Below are positions 11,681-24,100 of a stretch of 64,000 nt of DNA, in pieces (within the stretch, counting starts at the first letter, position 1; every line of letters begins with the position of its first letter). The stretch comes from Mytilus trossulus (lineage: Eukaryota), in the NCBI RefSeq assembly GCF_036588685.1, contig NC_086379.1, positions 35,650,001 through 35,714,000 on the forward strand, written 5' to 3'. The position numbers and the translations under genes are program-made. The notes beneath the pieces are model-generated. The model saw nothing but the letters and a program-made list of their open reading frames with translations. It was not told the DNA's origin and ran no database searches.

Positions 11681-14147
11681 ATGGGGGGGGGGGGGGGGGG
11701 GGGGGGAGGGGGATGATGATTACACTGTTAGATCTTTTGAATTATATAGTACATGTCTTGATACCGACTATTATTTGATATCAATGTGTTAGTTGCTTTT
11801 TTGTATTTTGTCTTGGTAACTGAGGCTTATAGTGCTTTAAAGATAATTATATCAAGTATTGTAATGTCTAAATGTCAGGAATATTGACCCAATCATTGTC
11901 CGCCGCTTTGAAAAAGTGGGGGTATACTGTTTTATCTCTGTCTGTCCATCCGTCAGTTCGTCCGCCCGTCCCATAAATATTTTCGTTGCATCTTTTTCAG
12001 GAACTACATAACAAGGATTTCTGAAAGGTTTATTGAAGTTGGCTATGTCGTGTGATGCGTTTTCAAATTCATTACTCATTACATGACAGCCAAGTTGAAA
12101 ATTGTCGTCACATTTTTCTCAGAAACTACAATTCAATGATTCACAACTCATACATTTCCCGTTTACCGAAATGTTTGGGCGGGGGTATCATCAGCAGCTC
12201 GTACCCTCAATGGTTGTTTTTGATTTATATGTTCTTTAAAGAGCCTTATACGGAATTATTTCTTAAAATATGTTACTACATATCTAGACGTAATATAATA
12301 CAGACAGACACATTTTATTTTCACCTGATACCCTGGTACTGACTTGTTAAATTTCGGACTTATGGGTTGTCCGAGTATTGGGCTGTCGGATCAATGGGTT
12401 GTCGGACTATTGGGTTGTCGGACTAATGGGTTGTCGGACCAATGGGCTGTCGGACTAATGGGCTGTCGGAATAATGGCGTGTAACCGGAAAAATAACAGA
12501 CCACCGGCGCAATCTCTTTGACAATTGTATTTTCCTCTTTTAAACAAGACGAAACAAGTCTACAGATTATGTTTGCTAACATCCCGTTGGAAACAAAAAC
12601 AATGTTTAGACCTAGTATTTCGTACATCCGGCCATAATGGTGTGATCACATGTTAGTCACATGTTTCACGTATGATCGGAAATGAATAGACAAACAATTT
12701 TTATTAAAAAAAAGGAAATAACTGGACTTCTGTTTCGTGTGAAATGTAACGCATAATGATAACGTCATTTTCTAACTTAATTATTACGAAGATCAAAACA
12801 AGAATGTAAATCATCTCTGATTTACCTGTTTGAACATCTCGCGAGAGTTCATATTTGCATATTGTTTTTAAGAATTCTATTACAACAAAGCAGATTACAT
12901 CATCTAAAATTTGCGTTACGAAATCGGACACAAAAGTCACGCCACTGTTCTTACATCTGCTACATAAATATTTATAGTTCTCAGCATTTTCTTCTCACTA
13001 TTCTTATTGGTCGATGTTCTTTGTTATTTGAAAGCAAAAGTTACGAATTTGCCGGTGACGATTATCTATAAATCAGTCAGCGTTATGCTCTTCGGAAGCA
13101 AAAAGTAACGCGAGAAACGACACAAAAATACGGTTGTAGAATCTTTGAAATTCGTATATTTCATTTTTTTTTCTAGGGAAGAGTAGCATACATGTACACT
13201 TGTATGTTGATAAAAATAATGGCATCTTTAGATGTAGTTACAACTTTTCTTACAGTTATTCACATTTTATCACTTTTCTATCATTGTCTATAGTTATAGG
13301 AAACGGAGCCCAATTTATGGTCCATATAAATGCCCTACAATATTTAACATTAATACAGATCACCCCAAGCCCAATTTCTAGAGTTCACATTGGTTATGTC
13401 ATGATCGATAATGAGCAGGAGTTATTGTTTTTAAAATTAACCCCAAATGTTACAAATCTGACATTCCCAAACTTTTGGTCCTGAAATAGGGGAATCAGGT
13501 TTAAAATTTTTTTTTAGGTTTGGACTTCGTTTTTTTTTCAGGGGTATTTTAAAAGGGGTAAACTACTATACAAGTTATCATATATAAAATACAAAAGAAA
13601 ATGAATGGATAAGGCTGATAAAAACTCACACAATAATCTTGAAAATTGTCAAATGGTCTTAAGTAATGAACAAAGTGCCCATGCTTTTAAAACAAAACCG
13701 AGACAGCAATGAAGCATAATCTTATATAAAAAAAAAATCCCTACCTACCGTCCCTTAAAAATTTCAAGGGGGTGATCGGAAACGCAACATTATTTTTTTT
13801 AGGCCTTGGGGTTGGGATTGTTCTGGTAAATATTGCACATTGTTAATATGTTAGTGACACATCTCCATAAATCCTGAAATGGAGTGTACATAGATTCCGT
13901 TGTACCCAAGCTTGCGGCTCTCGAAGGGTGCTCCGAATAACGGGGGAATCTACCAGTACATACATACATTATCCATATTTCATTGATATTGGCTTCGATT
14001 GCACATGCGCATATATTGGCATGTTTTTCAGTTTCTATATTTGGAACAACAACAACCCCACAACTGGACCTATTTATAACATATTCAAAGTCACTTTGAA
14101 CAATGTTGAAAGACTCTAGAAAAAAATTGATAAAACTGAGCAAATTA

Positions 14148-14398
14148 GGCAGCAACCATTTGATTTTCTTGGGGGCTATGGGTTTTTTTTCGGCTCGGCG
14201 CAGAAAAATCTATTTTTTTCTTTCAATTTTAGCATTACATATACATGATATCATGGATATAGTGGCAGCTGAGGGTGAAACAATTTTTTTTTTTCTCAGG
14301 GTCCAAAACAAATTATTTTTTTCACCAAAACCCGCAAACAAACTTTTTTTTCCAAAAAAACACAATCCCCCCCCTTAGAAAATCAAATGGTTGCTGCT
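14148..14398. mobile_element. MITE with ~22-bp TIRs in a TTA/TAA context
   Basis: ggcagcaaccatttgattttct ... agaaaatcaaatggttgctgct, flanked by tta and taa. Confidence 0.75.
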
Positions 14399-15131
14399 TA
14401 AGTCATTTGTATTTAACGTCCAAAATATGCATCACTAGAATAGTTGTTCAGAAAAAATTCTGTCAAGGGTTACATGAAGTATAGATATGTTGTTTGCCTG
14501 TTTGGCACTAAATCTTCAAGACATGTGACTGTAATGTGTATTTTTGGTTGATTTTATTACAAACCATCAAGTTAAAATTAACAGGGTTCTTTTATATAAT
14601 GGTGGTTAAAACTCCATTCCTTCAATATTCTATTGTCAATTTGTTTATACATCTTTACATATATACAGTCTTATTCTTCTACCATTTCATCACAAATTTT
14701 GAAAACTGCATTTTAAAATTTAAAAAAGTCATGAAAGTATTGTCTTTTGTAAAAATTCAGTGCCAATCTGAAAAAAAATCACAATGTTAAAATTTCAGCA
14801 GTTCAAACATCAATCAAAAAATATTTACTAGTATGTTTCAGTACTGAAAAGAATTAAATATTTTTTTTTATGATTCAATCAATTACAAAACCATCACTTT
14901 AGGAAATACTCATTACCAGATTTTATAGTCATTTCCTGTCCATGTGCTGATTCATTTTTTAGTTCATTCGAAAACACTAACTACCTATAAACATTCAGGT
15001 TTTGACCACTATGGTGGTATAAAGCTGAGCCCTGCGGAGCACCTGGTTAAATTTTATGATTTAAGAATTTACTTCTTCTCTTTGAAGGTTTTACACACAC
15101 AATGGTTTGACAGAATGTCCAGTTGGTTTAA

Positions 15132-18100
15132 ATGGCAAGGAAGAATTTTGCCTGTGAATGGACACCCAAATCTATCATATTGACGATAATAATTGGTACT
15201 GTCTTGTTCAATGAATGTTTTATATACATCATACAGAGTTTTAGATGGCCAGACATAGGCTTAGATGATTACAGGTATATATGAATAATACTATCAACTA
15301 ATCGCTGATAAACTGATACATCATGTACATTTATGATTGATTGATGTTGATTTACACCACTTTAATCACTTTTGGTTAAATATCAAGGTGGCCACTTTTT
15401 ATTTGTTTAGGAAGACAGAGAGACCGACAAACTTCAGCAGGAAATTGGCAATCCTAGTTGATTACAATCAGAGGTTGCATACACCTGCCCTAGGGTTTAA
15501 CTCACAACTACAGAGTTGACCATTAGAATTAATGTCTCTTATTTACCTGTACGCATGTTTAGCAAGGATTTCACTGTTACAAATGTCCTTGTTTAACTGG
15601 AAATTCTTTTGTACTTCATGTTAACCTATCATAGGTTATACATGTTATGTATACTTAGCATTATACATGTAGTTATACAGTAGTTGTCGTTTGTTTATGT
15701 AATATATACGTTTTTCTCGTTTCTAGTTTTGTTTATATAGATTAGACTGTTGGTTTTCCCATTTGAATGGTTTTACACTAGTAATTTTGGGGCCCTTTAT
15801 AGCTTGTTGTTCGGTGTGAGCCAAGGCTCCGTGTTGAAGGCCGTACTTTAACCTATAATGGTTTACTTTTTAAATTGTTATTTGGATGTAGAGTTGTCTC
15901 ATTGGCACTCACACCACATCTTCCTATATCTATTAGCATGCTTAGTCGTCAGTCATTTCAAGGAATTTTGTATAAGTCAAAAAAAGTAAATTCACAGTTA
16001 TGTCATTTATATAATAGTCAAGTAAGGAAATATTACTTGCTGCACAATCTAGTCACCCAGATTGAATCTCCCAAGTTGTCAGACTTCTGAAATTTCAGAT
16101 TGATAAATGAGGTGATCTGACTGCAAGAAAACATACACATTTTTTACTGAAGTTCCATGAAGCCTTATAAACTTTCAGTTTTGAAAAAACATTTTATCCC
16201 ACCTAACAGAGTTGGTAATATACCGCAATCACTTGGTCCATCCCTCCCTTTGCAACTCCTTGTTTTAACATGTTTAATTTTTACACCATATCTCTCAGAA
16301 TTTTAGAATTTGAAAATGTTATGAAATTATTCTCTCCAGAAATTATGAAGAAGAGCAAGTTATATTACTGGTATCTGATCCACAGTTACAAGGGTACCAG
16401 ATGGAACCACGGTTTCCTGTAGGAGCATTTTCTAGATGGGACATAGATAGGTACTTAACATATATTTGTATGTAGAGTACTTGTAATAAAGTTATACATC
16501 AAGTGGTCAGGTTGCAAAGAGTTGATAAGTCTAGGTGTGTTTCAACCTTTGGTTAGCTCATAGTACATGTTTATGATAAACAGATTAAAATATGGCCATT
16601 CGGTATTGACCTGATTATCATTCCAAAGCCCCTTGGATATTTTGAAAAAACTGACAGGTATTGCTAAAGATCCATTCATAGTAAACATAAATCATTCAGT
16701 AAACTATTCAGATCCTTTTACACAGTACAATAATGCTAGATATTTAGATACATTAACAGATCTTCATGCAGCTTCAATCAGAGAGACATTATTAGATTTG
16801 TAAAAAAAATATACACCACAATGATTCTGAAGTAGTAATATGATAAAATCCTAACAATAATCAACTGCAGAAAAGTTAAGATTAACATGCAACTTACTTT
16901 TCTAGCACAAACATTTGTAATTAAAAACATAAAAAATAAACACATGTATTAAAGACAAAAAAAAAAGATGAAAATGAAAAAATTGTACTTGCATCTTCAA
17001 TCATTCCAAAAACCAATTCAAAGTTTGTAAAAATTTATGATTATGAAGAAAACCAATGACTACTGTTATATAAATAATGCATCATCAATTTTTTCTACGG
17101 ATCAATTTAACCAGAATATTATGAAATTTGTATGTTAGTATTTTTTGTAGATATTTAACCAGAACTTTTGGCTTAGCCTATCATCATGTAAAACCTGATA
17201 TTATATTATTCCTTGGTGATTTGATTGATGAGGGCAGTACAGCTTCAGATGACGAGTTTTATTATGCTTACCAAAGATTTAATGATGTGTTCTCACCAGC
17301 TCAGTATACTAAAGTAAATATAAAATACAACTAATTGGCTAGTGCTCATATCTTTTTATGCCCCTTTTTATGGGCATTATGTTTTCTGGTCTGTGCCCCC
17401 TTCCGTCCCGCTTCAATTTAAAGTTTTTGGTGGAGGAAGTTTTGATGAATTTGAAGTCCAATCAATTTGAAACTTAGTAATGTTCCCTATGATATGATCT
17501 GTCTAATTTTAAAGACAAATTTGTGATTTTATTTCATTTTCATGGTCCACTGAACATAGAAAATGATAGTGCAGATGGGGCATCTGTGTACTTGGGACAC
17601 ATTGTGGTTTGTCCTTAAGCTGTTATTTAATTTGATAAATGGTGTTTAAAGACAGAAATGAAATGTATTTGCCTGGAAATATTTTTATGCTCCATCTACG
17701 ATAGTAGAGGGGCATTATGTTTTTGTGGCCTGTGCGTTTCGTTTGTCTGTTTGTCCCTATGTCCGTCCGTCTGTCCCGCTTCAGGTTAAAGTTTGTGGTC
17801 AAGGTAGTTTTTGAGGAAGTTGAAGATCAATCAACCTGAAACTTCGTATACATGTTACTATTTTTAATGCCAAATTAGAGTTCTGACTCCAATTTCATGG
17901 TCCACTGAACATAGAAATGATAGTGCAAGTGGGGCATCCATGTACGGGGGACACATTCTTGTTTGACTATGTAAAGGAAAAAAAATATAAATAAATTTCA
18001 GTATGTAACATGTGTAATGGTAGTACATGTAGTCTTTTTTATATTTTTTATTACACTTTACAAATGATCAACATAGTTGACATGATTGATATAGATAAAT

Positions 18101-21100
18101 CTGAACATTGTGTATTTTTCTTTTGTAATTAGAAGATATATATTCCCGGTGACAATGATATAGGTGGCGAAGGCAGAGACTTCAGAACACAGAAAAAAGA
18201 GGAAAGATTTGTTAAAAATTTTGAAAATATGACTGGTGTGTCTACATTTGGGTTCATAGATTACATAAAGGTATGGTTGTATGATAACTGTTTTTCTTTG
18301 GTCATTATCATTTAAACTGGTTGTTATTGTGTTGTCATGCTCAGAATAACAAATAAGATATATAAGACCTTTACAACATGATTAAAGGGGGAATACTCAT
18401 TCTTCCTTTTAAATTATCTCCCCTTCAAGAAAGTACTGTGTAAATACATGTACATTATTTCAGTGTATTTAAGTTTTTTAATGTTTTGTTATATATTAAT
18501 TTGTCATGTCAAAATAAGCACCTATTAAGTAAATTGAAAATAATCATTTCATTGGGCATGAAATTCTTTTAATTCATGAATTTTGTTTTTAATAGTTTGT
18601 AAAATATAAGGACTCAAAATATTAATGATATTGATATGATTCTGAGAAAATGAAATTTACCCCTTTCAATGATTTGTTATCCCCTGATTCCTAGGTCTAA
18701 TATTACCTTTTTCTTCTGAGCAAGTACATAGTTCATACCATTTTGAAAAATCTTACAAACTCTTTGATGAAATTAAGTTCACATAATTCGTAGCAAATAC
18801 TCTTTAAATACATATTTGTACTTTGCAGTTAGATATGCAGTTTCCTGAGCCAAGATTTCTTGAGAAAAGAATGCTTGCTACATCATTTGGAAACAAACTT
18901 GGTCCTGGTATTCATATTTTCCTCACACACTACACTATTTTACCAAGAGACAAACCTTTTGTTATTTCTGTAGGTTTCATGTCTTTGTGTACTTTTTAAA
19001 TCTATATGTTATGTGTACAGAGACCAATTTTCACACCTTTGAATACTGTGTATAGGACATATTTTCATAGATTGAGGGAAAATTGTATTTTCTCAGATGT
19101 TTATTTTCATGATTTTGAAATACTCTGCAAAAAAGCAAAAAGGAAAATTTTTCATTATTTCACCAATAAAATTTTGGTAAATCTTAACCTATGGAATCCT
19201 AAAAAAAAAAAGTTTGCAATGAATAATAATGAATCCACAGTGAAAATAGTTTTGACCATATTGAAAGAAAATCTTTGTGACTTTCACTTTCTCCAAAATG
19301 TTCATTGGTAATTGAATATAATGCAAAAAACAATGTTCAGATGTGTGAAAATTGTTAATGTAAACAATTATAATTAACTGGTGGCTTTAAAAACAAATCT
19401 AATTATCTTACTTATATTATATTCTAAACTTGTCTAATATATTCATGCTTTTTGTAGCATAAAGCAGCAAGGAGAATTCTGCTTGTATTTTACATTAATT
19501 AATATAAAAATATAAAAAATCAAAAAGATTAATTTGACTATCACAATTTGTATATAGTTTATGCATTTATATTGTGTCAATATACAAAAATCATTTGGTT
19601 CTTTATATGTCAGTTGATTAGATATTTAAAAATCGTGTAAAATACATGCAGAGGTAATACAATTGTTCAGTGACATATTTCTAATGCAACAGTGATATTT
19701 CAGGTTGATTTAGCTTTTTATTTAATATTATTTTATAAGAATACATTCATGAATATGTTTGACTTTTATAAACAATTAAATAATACTGCCTAAAAGTTAG
19801 AAGAAAGAAATCATCTTAATTTGCAGTATACCACATCAATTTTACATAAAAATAGTTTTATGACTGAACCTGTTGCATAAGAAGTATATCTACAACCATG
19901 TTCATAAAAGGCCTCTTATTAATTGTTTTAACATGAACCAATATAATTACAGAATCCAGAAGATATGGTGTGGGTTGTACGGCCAAGAAAAGCCTCCCCT
20001 GTCCATGTTTTAGTCAGCCATTTATCTGTTCTACTCAGAGACAAAATGAGAGTTAATCCTGTAGGTTTTTCTCAACAATAAAAAGCATGATAGAGTGTTG
20101 CTACATCATAACACATTGTTGATTTTGGTCAGATCTATTTTATTTATTTACTTTAATTTTTTAGGAGGAACCCATTAGTAGACTGTAAATATAAAGTCTT
20201 ACTGTCAATATAGACATTTACTTTAGAGGTTATCTTTGATTAATCTGCAGGAAATCATCCCTTGCAGGAATAATTTTAAAAAGGAAAAAAAAATGATATG
20301 AAGTGCAAGTTTACTGTTAATGTGCAGATTTTTTTACCCTGCTTTAAAAAGTTGAGGTATTGAAACAGTATTTGGATTCTCTGAATATAACTTGCATTTG
20401 TAGTACAACATGAAAATGGAAAAACTAAGTTTTGCAACTGAAAATACACTTTCTGGTATCTACATATCTTCCATTAATTACCTTACTTTATTTATTATTT
20501 ACATTTTTGCTGCTTTATGTTATTTTAGCATATCACATGTCACTCAAGTTGAAATTATTTATGCTTCAATGATAATTATTGCAATCTGTAATTTTTCTAA
20601 TGTTTGACATAGAAATATACATGTGTTTCTAATTTTTTATGGATAAATATATTGAAATTATTTATGCTTTCTAACTGCTGCAATTCTTTTTACTTTACTT
20701 TGCAATGGAAATTATTTGTTATTTATCTAATTTCTAACATAACAATATACCTGTGTTTCTAGGAGTACCTAGTTTTTGTTGATAACCAAACGTTTTTCAC
20801 TTTTTTATTCAATATGTGAACTGATCCAAATTTGTGACAGATAAAAAAATGATTTCTTCCTATTTTCAATACTTTATTGCTAGAACAGAACTCTGACTTT
20901 TTCTGTCAATATTAGATTTTAACTTTGTTAATATAGTCTGATATGTTTTACCTATTTGTGTTTTAAAATATTTAATTATTTTGTTTCTTTTATTTTTATA
21001 CGCCCGGGACGGGACGTATTATGGTATACCGTTGTCCGTCCGTCCGTCGTCCTAACTTCGGACAATAACTCAAAAACACTTTCACCAATTCCCATGCAAC

Positions 21101-24100
21101 TTAAGTGAATTGTTTATATCTATTGACGTAAGCTCCCTTTCATTTTTTTTTAAATTTCAGATTTTAAGTTTTGGATTTATGGGGCTTTATTCATAAAAAA
21201 GGGGGGATTTTCAACACTTCGGACAATAACTCAAAAAGGATTTCACCAATGTCCTTGAAACTTTGGTGAATTGTTTATATCTATTGACCTAAGCTCCCTT
21301 TTGTTATTCTTTATTTTTTTTTAATTTCAGATTTAAAGTTTTGAATTTATGGGGCTTTATTCATAAAAAAAGGGGGATTTTTAACACTGGACAATAACTC
21401 AAAAAGGCTTTCACCAATGTCCATGAAACTTTGGTGAATTGTTTATATCTATTGATGTAAGCTCCCTTTCAATTTTTATAAATTTCAGATTTTACATTTC
21501 CGTGTTATGAATTTTTATGCTTAAAAAAGGGGGGATTTTCCAATTTTGGGACAATAACTAACACTTTCACAAAATTTTATGCAACTTTGATAAATTGTTT
21601 ATATCTATTGACCTTAATAGTGCCAATTTTTTTGTGCATTTTTATTTATTATATGGGTGGGGGGGGGGGGGGGTATTTGACAGGGCTCACACTGTTTCTA
21701 GTTGATCATATAAATTCATTTAAAGCATAAAAGACAAGTTAAAAGAGCAACGGGCGTATCATGCGCTAAAGCGCAGCCTCTATTAACCTTATATTACATA
21801 TTTAACAAATTTTAAGTTTAATTATTTAAATAGTTGAAAAAGAATTGAATATCAAATATTTTACAAATAAAATTTAATAGATGGAGAATTTTTATTATAG
21901 TTTCTAAAACATACCTGATTCAAATTAATTATGTTAGTAGATAGATTCTTTTTGTAATACATGTATATTATTAATTCTTTACTTAATTTTGAAGATCCTG
22001 CAACAAGTCCGTCCTCACCTGATATTCTCAGGACACTGGCATAAGGTAAGTTGTTGAAAAGTATTTTCAATTCCAATACTGCTTTACAAACATAAACTTA
22101 ACATGATCAAATAGGTGTCATACTTAAAGGCAAACTCTTGCCACAGCTGCAGTCTCTAAGATAAAAAAAAAGGTTTATAAAATTCATATGGTAGAAAAGC
22201 ATGCTATTTTAGAAAGACCTATTGGCATCTATTTCTGTTTTCTGGTATTATTGGTCATTGTATAGTTGACATAAACCTCACATCTCCTTTTGCATATAAT
22301 TTGGAATTTCCTGCTAGGTTTTATTTAAGAAGTGAATGCTTCCTTTTTGTAATTTTATAGGGTTGTAAAGTGTTGAGGGTGCACACATTTCTAGTATGAA
22401 GCGTGGAAGCACTTCAAGCAAAGTGTGCTTCATATAATTATATTTTATGACAGGGTAGTGAAAAATAGATTTCTATCATTTACATCTTTAATTAAACTGT
22501 GCACTTTATTGTGATGGCACGTGTGATCATGAATGTTACACTCATTGGGATATGAAGGTTGATTTTAGAATGAAGCGCAAGTTTTGAAAAGGTATTTACT
22601 CCAATAATAGACAGCTATTATAGCTCAGCTTTAATACACTGCTAAAATCATGAGGAAAGGAATTAATTTTTTTATTGTTTATTGTCTAGTTCAATAGTGA
22701 TTTTCTTTCATTCCAACTTGAGATTAGGAAATGTTTGGTTGGTACAGAAATAAAGTTTTCAACATTAAACTTCTTCTAATGATCAAGACTGACAGAAAAA
22801 GACTATGATAAACAATTTAGCCTATACTATATCTTTTAAGTATCTAAGGAAAAGCACTCAATTGCACTCCTATTATTGTTTAAAACATAATGATCCTGTT
22901 TTCATCCTGTCTGTCAGTCCTACTGTCATAACTTTATGAATGCCATGCTGGAGCTTTCAATATTTTGGTCAAATACCTTTGATTTTGAAGAAAGTTTATA
23001 AAAAACATCATAATGACTGAAATGCCAAAAAATTAATACTGTGGATTTCCTTTATTTTTATTGCTTTAAATTTTTATGGATTCAGATAAACTTGCATTTT
23101 CATAGATACTTGATTACATCGTTTTAGCAATACAAGCCTATAGGGCATTAGTTATTCCTTGAACTTTTACATTTATGATTCACCTGTACCCGCTAAAACC
23201 CAGGAAAATTAGTATTCAATGAATAATGGTTAATCCACAGTATTCCACATTAATTGTATTCGACAAGGGGAATATGAGTTTTCACTTAGATTTTTCATTT
23301 AAAAACCTACTCATTTAAACTAAAATTGCAGGCCACTGTATTTCTGTGCAATGATTGTATGAAAGATGATGACTCATCATGGAGTGTAAAACAGAGAAAC
23401 ATAGAAGACATGACAGGATGGATGGTTACAAATCTGACAGAGAAACCATTCTCCATCACAGAAATCATGATACCTACATGTAGTTATAGAATGGGAGTGC
23501 CAAGTATGGGATATGGTGTGGCTATAATTAGTAAGTAGACACAGAAATCATGGTACCTACATGTAGTTATAGAATGGGAGTGCCAAGTATGGGATATGGT
23601 GTGGCTTTAATTAGTAAGTAGACACAGAAATCATGGTACCTACATGTAGTTATAGAATGGGAGTGCCAAGTATGGGATATGGTGAGGCTATAATTAGTAA
23701 GTTGATACAGAAATCATGGTACCTACGTGTAGTTATAGAATGGGAGTGCCAAGTATGGGATATGGTGTGGCTATAATTAGTTAGTAGACACAGAAATCAT
23801 GGTACCTACATGTAGTTATAGAATGGGAGTGCCAAGTATGGGATATGGTGAGGCTATAATTAGTAAGTAGACACAGAAATCATGGTACCTACATGTAGTT
23901 ATAGAATGGGAGTGCCAAGTATGGGATATGGTGAGGCTATAATTAGTAAGTAGATACAGAAATCATGGTACCTACGTGTAGTTATAGAATGGGAGTGCCA
24001 AGTATGGGATATGGTGTGGCTATAATTAGTAAGTAGACACAGAAATCATGGTACCTACGTGTAGTTATAGAATGGGAGTGCCAAGTATGGGATATGGTGA

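Larger units (their letters stand above)
10045..12486. mobile_element. Nested non-autonomous TIR transposon with ~20-bp subterminal repeats and an 8-bp TSD (GGAAAAAT)
   Basis: Left end ggtgacatcccattagtccgaca followed by (cccattattccgacag)n; right end (tgtcggactaatggg)n followed by tggcgtgtaacc. GGAAAAAT at 10037-10044 and 12487-12494. Confidence 0.85.
8094..13805. mobile_element. 5.7-kb non-autonomous DNA transposon with GGCC termini and a 3-bp TSD (TTG); Zator- or Harbinger-like
   Basis: Left TIR GGCCTAAAAAAAAAATGTTGTGTTTCCGGTCACCC; reverse complement of the right end GGCCTAAAAAAAATAATGTTGCGTTTCCGATCACCC. TTG at 8091-8093 and 13806-13808. No transposase ORF seen. Confidence 0.8.

Noticed and set aside
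11683-11712. Poly-G runs as G-quadruplex regulators (also about 21655 and 33955)
   Set aside because: Simple homopolymers with unreliable length and no supporting context.
12704-12940. Minus-strand ORF with a donor-like CAG|GTAAAT as an extra exon or transposase fragment
   Set aside because: In-frame stops just upstream, no recognisable domain, and the RecQ model is complete without it.
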